A stretch of 64,000 nt of DNA from Planctomycetota bacterium. GTDB taxonomy: Bacteria; Planctomycetota; Brocadiia; JAADGH01. Under the pieces are notes generated by a model. The model saw only the letters and a list, made by a program, of their open reading frames with translations. It did no database searches and was not told where the DNA came from. The stretch lies in the NCBI GenBank assembly GCA_040755855.1, contig JBFMAD010000001.1, positions 358,466 through 422,465 on the forward strand. The letters are read 5' to 3'. Below are positions 10,029 through 18,422 of this stretch, one piece after another. Each line of letters starts with the position of its first letter. Within the stretch, counting starts at the first letter, position 1. The position numbers and the translations under genes were made by a program.

Positions 10029-12275
10029 ATGGACGACGACCTGCGGTTTGTCTCAGGGTTGCCACTTTTCAAGTCCTTCAGTGGCGAGGCATTAACCGCC
10101 CTCTGGGCAAACGCGGAAATCAAGACCTACAATACCGGTGGAGTGATCATCCCATTCGGCCAGCCGGGACAGAACCTGGGGGTGATTCTCAGCGGCATGG
10201 CCGAGGCGAGTATCTCGGAGGATGGCGGCGAGCGGCGCAGGCTGGGTCTTATCGAAAGAGGCGGCGTCTTCGGCGAGATGTCTCTCCTCACCGGCGAGCC
10301 GACGTCGGCCGATGTCATCGCGGTGGAGCCGTGTCGCGTAGCGCTGATTTCCCATGACGTATTCTCCCGCTACCTTTCCCAAAGCCCCGCGGCGATTCGA
10401 TTCCTGGGACGGCTGCTCTCGGAGCGGCTCAAGGCCCGGCAGGACGACAAGGCCAGTCTCGACCGGCTGGACAGGGCGCGCCGGAGCGTCGCGGACCCGT
10501 ATGGCCTCCGGCTCGAAAATGTAGATCCGCCCCTCCGAGTTCTTGTCCTCGACTGCCAGGCCCATGAGGTACGTTGCGCCCTGTTTCACACCGCCAACGC
10601 CGCCGGCACGATCCGGGAACGGATTCCCGTTGCCGGTCAATCGGACCATCGGGCCGCCGTCCGGGAGATCCATCGGCGGCTGCGGACGGCGGGCGCCGGC
10701 GCTCCCGTAGATGTGGCGGCCCACCGCGTCTCCTTCGGCGGCGAACAGTATGCAGAGGCTGTTGTCATAGATGACGCCATGCTGCGCGAAATTGCAGCAA
10801 CCGAGGACGTGGTTGAGACGAACAACCGGTTCAATCGCATCGGGATCGAGGTGGGCCGCGAGATATGGCCCGGGGCGCATCACGTGGCCGTCTTCGACAC
10901 CGCCTTCCACCACACCATGCCGCCGCACGCCTACCTCTACGGCATCCCTTACGAACTGTACGAAAAGGACCGGCTGCGCCGCTATGGCTATCACGGCATC
11001 TCACACAAATATGCATCGCTGAAGGCGGCTGCGCACCTGAAGCGGCCCTATGGGGAGCTGAAGCTCATCACGTGCCACCTCGGCGGGGGGGCGTCAATCT
11101 GCGCCATTGACCACGGTCGCGCCGTTGACACGAGCATGGGCCTTTCCCCTATCGAGGGGCTTCTGATGGACACGCGGCCCGGCGACCTCGACCCCCTTGT
11201 CGTGACGCACCTCGTCGGGAAAAAGCGCCTCTCGTCGGAAGAGGTCATCCGAATCCTCGAGGAGGAAAGCGGACTGAAAGGCATTTCCGGCATCTCCGGC
11301 AACATGATGGAGCTTGAGCAACGGGCGCAGGAAGGCAACCGCCGCGCCGTGCTGGCCATCAGTGTATTCTGCTATCGGCTTCGAAAATACATCGGGTCGT
11401 ACTTTGCCGCCCTCGGCGGGCTGGACGCCCTGGTTTTCACCGGAAGCGTGGGCGTCGAGGCGCAGGAAATCCGATGGCGGGGCTGCCAGGGACTTTCCCA
11501 TATGGGCATTGTCATTGACGAAGCCCTGAACCGCGCCCCCCGCTTCGGTCCCGACGACGTAGCCGACATCTCCCAGGACCTCTCCCGCGTGAAGGCGCTC
11601 GTCGTCCCCGACGACACGGAGCGCATGATCGCCCGCGACGCCATTTGGGCCTTGGGATACCAGAGCGTCCAGGAGATCATGCGCAGTCGGAAGAAGCCCA
11701 TTCCCATCGGCGTGTCGGCCCACCACGTCCACCTGTCGAGCGAAGACCTGCGACAGCTTCATGGGGAGGGATACGAGCTCACGGTCCACGCCGACCTCAT
11801 GCAGCCGGGGCAGTTTGCGTGCAAGGAATCGGTCACGCTCATCGGCCCACGGGACTCCATCCCGCGTGTGCGTATCCTGGGGCCGGTGCGGTCCACGTCG
11901 CAGGTGGAGATATCACGCACGGAGCAGTTCAAGCTCGGCATAGACGTGCCCATCCGCCAGTCGGGCGATCTCGACGGAACCCCCGGCGTCACGTTGGAAG
12001 GCCCCAACGGCCGCGTGAAGCTGCGAGAGGGAGTAATATGCGCAGCACGCCACGTCCACATGGCCCCCGAAGACGCCCTGTCCTTCGGCGTGCGCGACGG
12101 CGACGTGGTGAGCATTCGCATCGAGGGTGAACGGTCGCTCACATTCGGCGACGTAATCGTCCGGGTGAACCCGAACTTCGCCCTGGAGATGCACGTGGAT
12201 ACCGACGAGGCCAACGCCGCCATGATCGGACAAGGGGCCGTCGGCTACCTGGAGAACATTCAGAGGCGGCGGTAG
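10029..12275 (+). CDS. ackA-pduL: fusion: cyclic-nucleotide-binding domain + acetate/propionate kinase + PduL phosphate acyltransferase
   Basis: N-terminal GGVFGEMSLLTG (cNMP fold); VAVFDTAFH, RRYGYHGISH, CHLGGGAS, DTSMG, SGLKG, LDALVFTG (acetate kinase); VSAHHVHLS, QPGQFA, RILGP, QVEIS, ARHVHM, MHVDTDEANA (PduL). Confidence 0.88.
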   Translation: MDDDLRFVSGLPLFKSFSGEALTALWANAEIKTYNTGGVIIPFGQPGQNLGVILSGMAEASISEDGGERRRLGLIERGGVFGEMSLLTGEPTSADVIAVEPCRVALISHDVFSRYLSQSPAAIRFLGRLLSERLKARQDDKASLDRLDRARRSVADPYGLRLENVDPPLRVLVLDCQAHEVRCALFHTANAAGTIRERIPVAGQSDHRAAVREIHRRLRTAGAGAPVDVAAHRVSFGGEQYAEAVVIDDAMLREIAATEDVVETNNRFNRIGIEVGREIWPGAHHVAVFDTAFHHTMPPHAYLYGIPYELYEKDRLRRYGYHGISHKYASLKAAAHLKRPYGELKLITCHLGGGASICAIDHGRAVDTSMGLSPIEGLLMDTRPGDLDPLVVTHLVGKKRLSSEEVIRILEEESGLKGISGISGNMMELEQRAQEGNRRAVLAISVFCYRLRKYIGSYFAALGGLDALVFTGSVGVEAQEIRWRGCQGLSHMGIVIDEALNRAPRFGPDDVADISQDLSRVKALVVPDDTERMIARDAIWALGYQSVQEIMRSRKKPIPIGVSAHHVHLSSEDLRQLHGEGYELTVHADLMQPGQFACKESVTLIGPRDSIPRVRILGPVRSTSQVEISRTEQFKLGIDVPIRQSGDLDGTPGVTLEGPNGRVKLREGVICAARHVHMAPEDALSFGVRDGDVVSIRIEGERSLTFGDVIVRVNPNFALEMHVDTDEANAAMIGQGAVGYLENIQRRR

Positions 12276-12292
12276 CGCCGCGGCGATCTGTT

Positions 12293-12523
12293 CTATTCCA
12301 GGATCAGGTTGGTGGCGGTGCGCGCGATGCCCTTGACCTTTCGGAGCGTGCTGACGATCATCTTCAGCAGGGCGTCGTGGGTCCGGCCCTCAACCAAGGC
12401 AATGATGTCCTGCTCGCCGGCGGTGATGTCGGCGGTCTTCACGCCTTTCATCTTCCGCAGTTTGGCGAGGATATCTTTCTCCTTGCCGGATTCCACCCAG
12501 ATTTTCAGATACGCCTTCGCCAT
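12293..12523 (-). CDS. stand-alone Lrp/AsnC ligand-binding (RAM) domain protein
   Basis: 76 aa with the pattern AYLKI.V..G.E......L....GV......G..DII..V...T.T; no HTH; AAGGAGG RBS. Confidence 0.75.
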   Translation of the reverse strand: MAKAYLKIWVESGKEKDILAKLRKMKGVKTADITAGEQDIIALVEGRTHDALLKMIVSTLRKVKGIARTATNLILE

Positions 12524-12538
12524 GGCTACCCTCCTTAT

Positions 12539-13744
12539 TCAGCCTTCTTTCCTGACTTTCTCCACGGCCTCGATCAGCGCGGCGCAGAGGTACTCGTTCT
12601 GCTCCGTCGTCATCGTCGGATGCACGGGGGGGCAGAAGAGGCGCTTGCCCAGCTCGTCCGAAAGCGGGCACTGCTGCCCGGCGGTGTGCTGCCGGAGGAA
12701 CGGGACGGAATCGTAAACCGGCGGGTTGGCGATGCAGAGCCGGATGTTGTATTCCTCCAGCATGATCTTGCAGAGCATGTCGCGCTTCTCGCCCGCCCAA
12801 CTCTTGGGAACGAGGATGGTATAGAGGTAATACGTGTGCCAGCAGCCCTTCGGCTCGATGGGCAGTTCAAGCTCCGGCACGCCGGCGAGCAGTTTGTTCC
12901 GTTCGTGGGCGACGCGCCTGCGGCCTTCGAGCATCTCGTCCAGCTTCTTTAGTTGGACCATCCCGACCGCAGCCTGGACCTTTGTCATCTTGTAATTCGT
13001 CCCCCAGCCGATGCCGCCGCCGAACTGCCGGAGGGCGCGGCATTTCTTGGCGACCTCGGGATCGTCAGTGGTCACCGCCCCGCCCTCGCCGAGCGTCGTC
13101 ATGTTCTTCTGCGTGTGGAAACTGAAGACGGTCATCCATCCCTTCTTGCCGATCTTTGTGCCCTTGTACCCGCCGCCGCAGGCGCGGGCGGCGTCGCCGA
13201 TCACCTTCAGGGGACCGTGCTTCGGGTGGGGATGCTTCTCCGCGATCTCCAGATAATCGTCCATCGGCGCGGAGAGGCCGTTCATGTGGGTGGGATAGAT
13301 GGCCCGCGTGCGCTTCGTGAGCTTTCGCTCCACGTCGTTCGGATCGAGCTGGAACGTCTTCGGGTCCACCTCTCCCCAGATGACCTGGCCGCCCTGCCCG
13401 GCGACGGACATTGCCGAGGCCTTGAAGTTGATGGCCGGGACGATGACCTCATCGCCCCGCTTGAGGTCAAGGCACATCATGGCCATGTCGAGGCCCGTGC
13501 CCGCGCCGTTGATCGAGACGGAGTCGGCTGTGCCGCAATACTCGGCGAAGGCCTTTTCAAAGTTCGTGATCTCGGGGCAGATGAAGCCGAAGCCGACTTT
13601 CCAGTCCATGGACTCGCGGATGGTCTTGACAACGACGTCAATCTCCTCCTTGCCATAGTACCCGCCGAGCAGGGGTTCGCCCGGCCATGTGACGTCCGGT
13701 TTGCCCTGGGACAGGATTTCCTTCCGACGTTTCTTCGCGATCAC
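12539..13744 (-). CDS. DegT/DnrJ/EryC1/StrS PLP aminotransferase
   Basis: FEKAFAEYCG, GDEVIVP, DAARA, FSFHTQKNMTTLGEGG (PLP lysine). Start moved to GTG13744 after AGGAGG, overlapping the upstream stop. Confidence 0.88.
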   Translation of the reverse strand: MIAKKRRKEILSQGKPDVTWPGEPLLGGYYGKEEIDVVVKTIRESMDWKVGFGFICPEITNFEKAFAEYCGTADSVSINGAGTGLDMAMMCLDLKRGDEVIVPAINFKASAMSVAGQGGQVIWGEVDPKTFQLDPNDVERKLTKRTRAIYPTHMNGLSAPMDDYLEIAEKHPHPKHGPLKVIGDAARACGGGYKGTKIGKKGWMTVFSFHTQKNMTTLGEGGAVTTDDPEVAKKCRALRQFGGGIGWGTNYKMTKVQAAVGMVQLKKLDEMLEGRRRVAHERNKLLAGVPELELPIEPKGCWHTYYLYTILVPKSWAGEKRDMLCKIMLEEYNIRLCIANPPVYDSVPFLRQHTAGQQCPLSDELGKRLFCPPVHPTMTTEQNEYLCAALIEAVEKVRKEG

Positions 13745-14448
13745 AACGACCCTCCTTCTTTTTCGGGTTGATTCGCGACGGTTGCGCTGATCTGCCCATT
13801 CGGCCGACAGACCGTCATCATCCACGGCACCATTCCCTTCGCCACGTCCTGCCGCTCGACGGCGAAGCCCAAGCCCTCGAAAAACACCTTGAGTTTGTTT
13901 TTGCAGAAATGGTGCACCTGGAATTTCTCGTAGGTCTGAATGACCACACAGTGCATGAAGAACCCCCACGCGGAGTTGATGTAGCTGTCCACGAAGATCA
14001 ACTTTCCGTCCGGTTTGAGAACGCGACGGAACTCCTTGGCTGCGGCAGCCTGGTCGGGATAGTGATGGAATGAGTGGCAGCAGGTCAGGTAGTCGAAGGA
14101 TGCGTCGTCAAAGGGCAGGCGCTCCGCGGCGTTGGCCACCTGGAAGTGGAACTGGTCCCTCCCATCCGTGTTTTTCTGGGCCACCTGGATCATGCCCGGC
14201 GTAATGTCCACCCCGAAAAGGGATGCCTTTGCGAATTTTTCGGAGGTTTTTCGCAGCAGCTTGCCCGTGCCGCAGCCGACGTCGAGCATGTGAAACGCCT
14301 CGTCCGGTTTTCGCAGGGAAAGCAGCTCCCGGATGATATGGTCTTCGGTGGGAATGAATAGATGGCGTTGGAAGAAACCCTCCTCGTCGTATGTCTCGCT
14401 CCATCTGTCGAATTCGTTGACCGCCTGCTTCTTGAATTTTTCAGACAT
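13741..14448 (-). CDS. class I SAM-dependent methyltransferase
   Basis: LDVGCGTG, GVDITPGM, LPFDDASFD, SFHHYPD, RVLKPDG. Confidence 0.88.
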   Translation of the reverse strand: MSEKFKKQAVNEFDRWSETYDEEGFFQRHLFIPTEDHIIRELLSLRKPDEAFHMLDVGCGTGKLLRKTSEKFAKASLFGVDITPGMIQVAQKNTDGRDQFHFQVANAAERLPFDDASFDYLTCCHSFHHYPDQAAAAKEFRRVLKPDGKLIFVDSYINSAWGFFMHCVVIQTYEKFQVHHFCKNKLKVFFEGLGFAVERQDVAKGMVPWMMTVCRPNGQISATVANQPEKEGGSL

Positions 14449-14515
14449 GCTGCGCTTTCTATTTCTTGCGGAATTGCGTAGATGAAGCGTTCCTATTCGC
14501 CGCGCCGTGCTTCTT

Positions 14516-14544
14516 TTCTTACCATCTTCGCCCGGTCATGTCAA
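14516..14544 (-). promoter_or_regulatory. probable promoter of the methyltransferase-DegT-Lrp operon
   Basis: Minus strand TTGACA-17 nt-TAAGAA with an extended TG. Confidence 0.5.
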
Positions 14545-14584
14545 TAGCCGCACGCGGGCAAGTATTGCGTATTTTCCCTGGATC

Positions 14585-14627
14585 AAAAAACAGGAGACCA
14601 GGCAGGGACAGCGCCCTGCCTGGTCTC
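14585..14627 (-). terminator. rho-independent terminator
   Basis: 14-bp stem GAGACCAGGCAGGG/CCCTGCCTGGTCTC with a 6-nt loop and a T-run on the minus strand, just after the stop at 14659. Confidence 0.75.
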
Positions 14628-14658
14628 ACTCGATGCAACTCGGGATCGAGCGCAACCG

Positions 14659-15609
14659 TCAATTGCATTCCGCGACCAGCGGACCGGCCAGTTCCTTCAG
14701 GAAGAACAGCCGCCCGGACAGCGTCGGCATGAAGCTGGCCGGGATCCATGGGCTGGGACCGTACCGCAGCGTAGTCCAGAGCGACACCCCCTGCCACTGC
14801 ATCCCACGGCCGAGCGTCCCGTCGCACCCGCCAATGATCTTGTCGGCCTTCAGGAACAGACCCGGGCCGATCGTGTTGGCATAGGCCGGCACGAGCGTCG
14901 TCCGGCTCTTGAAGCTGGTAATGGCGTTTTGCTCGATGGTGAGCGGATGCAGCCTCGCGCCGATGCGGTGCGTCGGCTTCTTCCAGTCGGCGACGGATTT
15001 GAACTCCGCCGCGAAGTGCGGCTCCCAGAAGGCGATGTGGAAGACGCGCCCGATGCCGAAGATGACGACCAGCTTCGCCCCTTTCTTCTTCAACGCGGCG
15101 ATCTTCTTCCCGTAGGTCGGCAGCATCTTCTTCGTGGCGAAGTGGCGCTGGCTTTTCGGCACGGTCAGCTTGCCGAGCGGGCCATAGAAGGCGGCTTCCA
15201 TCGCGTTCTGGAACGCGCCGGGGTTGGAGGGCGGCAGCGTGTTGCCCTTCGCATCGCTCCACTCGTCCATGTTGAATCCATAGACGTGCTTGCAGCTTAC
15301 TTTCCATTGGTTCAGGAAATAGACCGCCCACTTATACATCCCCATGGGGCCGACGGGCAGGATCAGGATGATCTTCCGCCGTTGCTTGTGCGCCATCAGG
15401 ATTTCCATCGCGATCTCGTGGCCCATGAACGTGTCGAAGTCGCTCAGGGATTCGCACGGGACCGGCTCGAAATTCTTGTTCCACCACGGCTGCCGCTTGG
15501 TGATGTCCGCCGGCTTGTTTGAGCAGCACTTGTCAATCTTCCTAAGGTCCCATCCCTTCGGAAAAAAGCCCTCCAACAACGAACCCTTGATTGTGCTCAA
15601 CAGGTTCAT
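14659..15609 (-). CDS. glucosamine-6-phosphate isomerase/deaminase-like protein (NagB superfamily)
   Basis: [25 protein letters not shown] (NagB GIG..GH.AFNEP), TIGPG. ATG15609 follows AGGAGG. Confidence 0.78.
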   Translation of the reverse strand: MNLLSTIKGSLLEGFFPKGWDLRKIDKCCSNKPADITKRQPWWNKNFEPVPCESLSDFDTFMGHEIAMEILMAHKQRRKIILILPVGPMGMYKWAVYFLNQWKVSCKHVYGFNMDEWSDAKGNTLPPSNPGAFQNAMEAAFYGPLGKLTVPKSQRHFATKKMLPTYGKKIAALKKKGAKLVVIFGIGRVFHIAFWEPHFAAEFKSVADWKKPTHRIGARLHPLTIEQNAITSFKSRTTLVPAYANTIGPGLFLKADKIIGGCDGTLGRGMQWQGVSLWTTLRYGPSPWIPASFMPTLSGRLFFLKELAGPLVAECN

Positions 15610-15676
15610 CTCTTCCCTCCTTCCCAAATCGAACAAGATATCTGAATGTGGACAGACGCAGGTCGCCCCGATGGGA

Positions 15677-15705
15677 AGGGTACTCTCTCCGCGGAGAGGA
15701 TGCAA
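15677..15705 (-). promoter_or_regulatory. possible promoter with a perfect palindrome in its spacer
   Basis: Minus strand TTGCAT-17 nt-TACCCT; the spacer contains the 14-bp palindrome CTCTCCGCGGAGAG (15685-15698). Confidence 0.35.
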
Positions 15706-15871
15706 CAAAAAAATCCCGCCAGACGTAATGATCCCATCCGATTCGTCCCGCCCACTTGCCTTTGCATGAGCGATCTGGTTAAATGGCAGAGCACGAGAAT
15801 GGCGGTCAGGGCGACGAGGTCCCGTACCACTTCAGCTTGCACGAATAACTCAAACAGGGGAGGGAGGCAAG

Positions 15872-17461
15872 ATGCGCAAGTTCCATCGTCTCATGTCCAT
15901 GTTCCTTCTCGCGGGGTGCGCCATGAGTCCGAAACAGCCGACGTTGGAGCGGGGGCATGTGGTGTTCGAGACCGGTTTCGAGGGGGCCGAGGCGCTCAAG
16001 GGCTGGTCCGGTGGCGGCGCGCTTGCGCCGGGCTATCAGGGCGGCCAGTCGCTCTGCATCGAGCAGCCGGCGGGCGAGCTGCACGGATCGGTCATTGCAA
16101 AAATACCTCTGCCGGTGAAGGATGTGCGCGGCTACCTGCTCTACTTCTCGGGAATGGTAAAGGCCGAGAACGTGAGCGAGAAACCGAAGCCCTGGAATGG
16201 CATCAAGTTCATGGTCCCCATCGTTGCGAAGGACAGCAGGCACTGGCCCCAGGGCCAGATTGATGTCGGATCATTCGACTGGACGCGGGTCGTGTTTCCG
16301 GTGCGCGTGCCCGACGATGCGACGGAGATGTCGCTCTGCCTCGGCCTGGAGTCCGTGACGGGAAAGGTCTGGTTCGACGACATCAAGGTCACCGTCCGCA
16401 AACCGCCCTTCGTCCCCAAGCCCAGACTCGTTCTTGGTCCGCCGTACAAAGGGCACGATCTGCCCCGGCTCCGCGGCGCGATGGTGAGTCCCCGCATTGA
16501 CGAAGATGGTCTCCGCCTCTTTGGCAAGGACTGGAACGCAAACCTCATCCGGTGGCAACTCGTCCGGAGCGGGTTCAAGGGCGACCCGCTCGACCTGGCG
16601 GCCTATGACTCCTGGCTGGAGGGGGAACTCAAGAAGCTCGACGCCGCCCTGCCGCTCTGCGACAAATACGGGATCATGGTGGTTATCGACCTCCACTCCC
16701 CGCCCGGCGGCAAGCGAACATCGGGAGGGTACGCCGGCTCGGACGCCGGGCTGTTCGACAACGCCCTGTGCCAGAAAAAGTTCATTGAGGTCTGGGAGCG
16801 CATGGCGCGGCGATACAAGAACGCCCGGCCGGTGTGGGGCTACGATCTCGCCAACGAACCGATCGAGAACGTCGTCGCCGAGGGCCTCGACGACTGGCAG
16901 GAGCTGGCCGAGCGCGCCGCCAGGGCGATCCGCGCCATTGATCCCGACCGGACGATCATCGTCGAGCCCCCCGATGGGGGCAATCCGTACGGCCTCAGGC
17001 GGTTCCGGCCCATTGACGCGCCCAACGTGGTCTATAGCGTCCACATGTATCTCCCGCACGCCTTCACGCACCAGGGCGTCCATGACAACTGGCAGAAGAA
17101 GTATGTCTATCCCGGCGAGATTGATGGGAAGATGTGGGACAAGGCGCAGCTCGAGGCCGCGCTCAAGCCGGCCGTTGACTTCCAAAAAATGTACGGAGTA
17201 CATATTTACATCGGCGAGTTCAGCGCCATCCGATGGGCGCCCGACGGCAGCGCATGCCGGTATCTGCGGGATTGCATTGACATCTTCGAGAAGCACGGAT
17301 GGGACTGGACCTACCACGCATTCCGCGAGTGGAGCGGCTGGAGCGTGGAACACGGCGCCGACCGCAAGGACACCAATCCCGTCACCGAGCCGACGGACCG
17401 GCAGAGGCTGTTATGCGAGTGGTTTGCCAAGAACAAGAAACCCGGTCAGGCAGCGCAATGA
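15872..17461 (+). CDS. GH5 (cellulase-family) lipoprotein with an N-terminal CBM-like domain
   Basis: Lipobox LAGC; GKVWFDDI (CBM4/9-like); VIDLH, YDLANEP (acid/base), YSVHMY, IYIGEF (nucleophile). Confidence 0.85.
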   Translation: MRKFHRLMSMFLLAGCAMSPKQPTLERGHVVFETGFEGAEALKGWSGGGALAPGYQGGQSLCIEQPAGELHGSVIAKIPLPVKDVRGYLLYFSGMVKAENVSEKPKPWNGIKFMVPIVAKDSRHWPQGQIDVGSFDWTRVVFPVRVPDDATEMSLCLGLESVTGKVWFDDIKVTVRKPPFVPKPRLVLGPPYKGHDLPRLRGAMVSPRIDEDGLRLFGKDWNANLIRWQLVRSGFKGDPLDLAAYDSWLEGELKKLDAALPLCDKYGIMVVIDLHSPPGGKRTSGGYAGSDAGLFDNALCQKKFIEVWERMARRYKNARPVWGYDLANEPIENVVAEGLDDWQELAERAARAIRAIDPDRTIIVEPPDGGNPYGLRRFRPIDAPNVVYSVHMYLPHAFTHQGVHDNWQKKYVYPGEIDGKMWDKAQLEAALKPAVDFQKMYGVHIYIGEFSAIRWAPDGSACRYLRDCIDIFEKHGWDWTYHAFREWSGWSVEHGADRKDTNPVTEPTDRQRLLCEWFAKNKKPGQAAQ

Positions 17462-17487
17462 GTCATGCCGCGGCGTGAGGCGCTTGG

Positions 17488-18351
17488 CTACCGGCGCGGC
17501 GGGACGTCGGTCGCCTTCCGCACGCATCGGAAGCCGTAGGCGTCGTAGCCGAAGCAGACGTCGGCCAGGCCGGGCGGCTCGCTGTATCGAGCCGAGGAGC
17601 GGCAGCTCTCGGGACCGACGTTCCACCCGCCGCCCCGCAGGACGCGCTCCTCCCCCGCGGCGGGTCCGGTGGGATTCTCGCTCGCCTTCGGATCGTAGGC
17701 GTCCGAGTAGATGTCGTTGCACCATTCCCAGACGTTGCCGTGCATGTCGTACAGCCCCCAGGGATTGGGGGTTTTCTGGCCTGCGGGATGGGACGTCTTG
17801 TTCGCGTTGTCCTTGAACCATGCGTGCATCGTCAGCTTGCCCGGGTCGCTCCCGAAGGAAAACTCCGTCGCGGTTCCCGCCCGGCAGGCGTACTCCCACT
17901 CGGCCTCCGTCGGCAGGCGGTACCCGTTCGCGTCGAAATTGCACTTCCCCGTCTTCTCGTCGTAGCACGGCTCCAGGCCATCGCGGCGCGAGCGCATGTT
18001 GCAGTATCGAATCGCCCCCAGCCAGCCGAGTTGCTCGACGGGGCTGTCCGGCCCCTTGTGCTTGGACGGGTTTTTGCCCATGAGATCCTCGTAGGACTTT
18101 TGCGTCACCTCGCGGGCATCAATGTAAAACGCGCCGACCTTGACCTTGTGCGCGGGCTTCTCGTCGTCCTCGCCGCTGTCGTCGCCCATGATAAATTCTC
18201 CGGCGGGAACAAGGACCATCCCGGCTTGGGTCGTTGCCGTGCCTGCCTTCGGCTCGGGGGGCTTCGGCGCGCCGTCGCCCTTCGGGCTGGACTCCCTGCC
18301 GCACCCGGCGATCAGGAACACGCACAACACACACACGATGTGACTTCGCAT
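17488..18351 (-). CDS. formylglycine-generating enzyme (SUMF1/FGE-sulfatase) domain lipoprotein
   Basis: Lipobox IAGC; GEFIMG, EKPAHKV, YRLPTEAEWEYACRAG, NPWGLYDMHGNVWEW, RVLRGG.W, GFRC. Confidence 0.9.
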   Translation of the reverse strand: MRSHIVCVLCVFLIAGCGRESSPKGDGAPKPPEPKAGTATTQAGMVLVPAGEFIMGDDSGEDDEKPAHKVKVGAFYIDAREVTQKSYEDLMGKNPSKHKGPDSPVEQLGWLGAIRYCNMRSRRDGLEPCYDEKTGKCNFDANGYRLPTEAEWEYACRAGTATEFSFGSDPGKLTMHAWFKDNANKTSHPAGQKTPNPWGLYDMHGNVWEWCNDIYSDAYDPKASENPTGPAAGEERVLRGGGWNVGPESCRSSARYSEPPGLADVCFGYDAYGFRCVRKATDVPPRR

Positions 18352-18422
18352 TACTCATACCTCCATCGGCCAGGAACATGGGGGTGCCGCTCACTCCGCC
18401 CGCCCAATCCACGTCGCGCGGC

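Noticed and set aside
13745..13969. N-terminal extensions in the ORF track (this DegT; likewise 32631, 22559, 38799, 60231)
   Set aside because: They overlap upstream genes, and internal starts with an RBS fit the family N-termini better.
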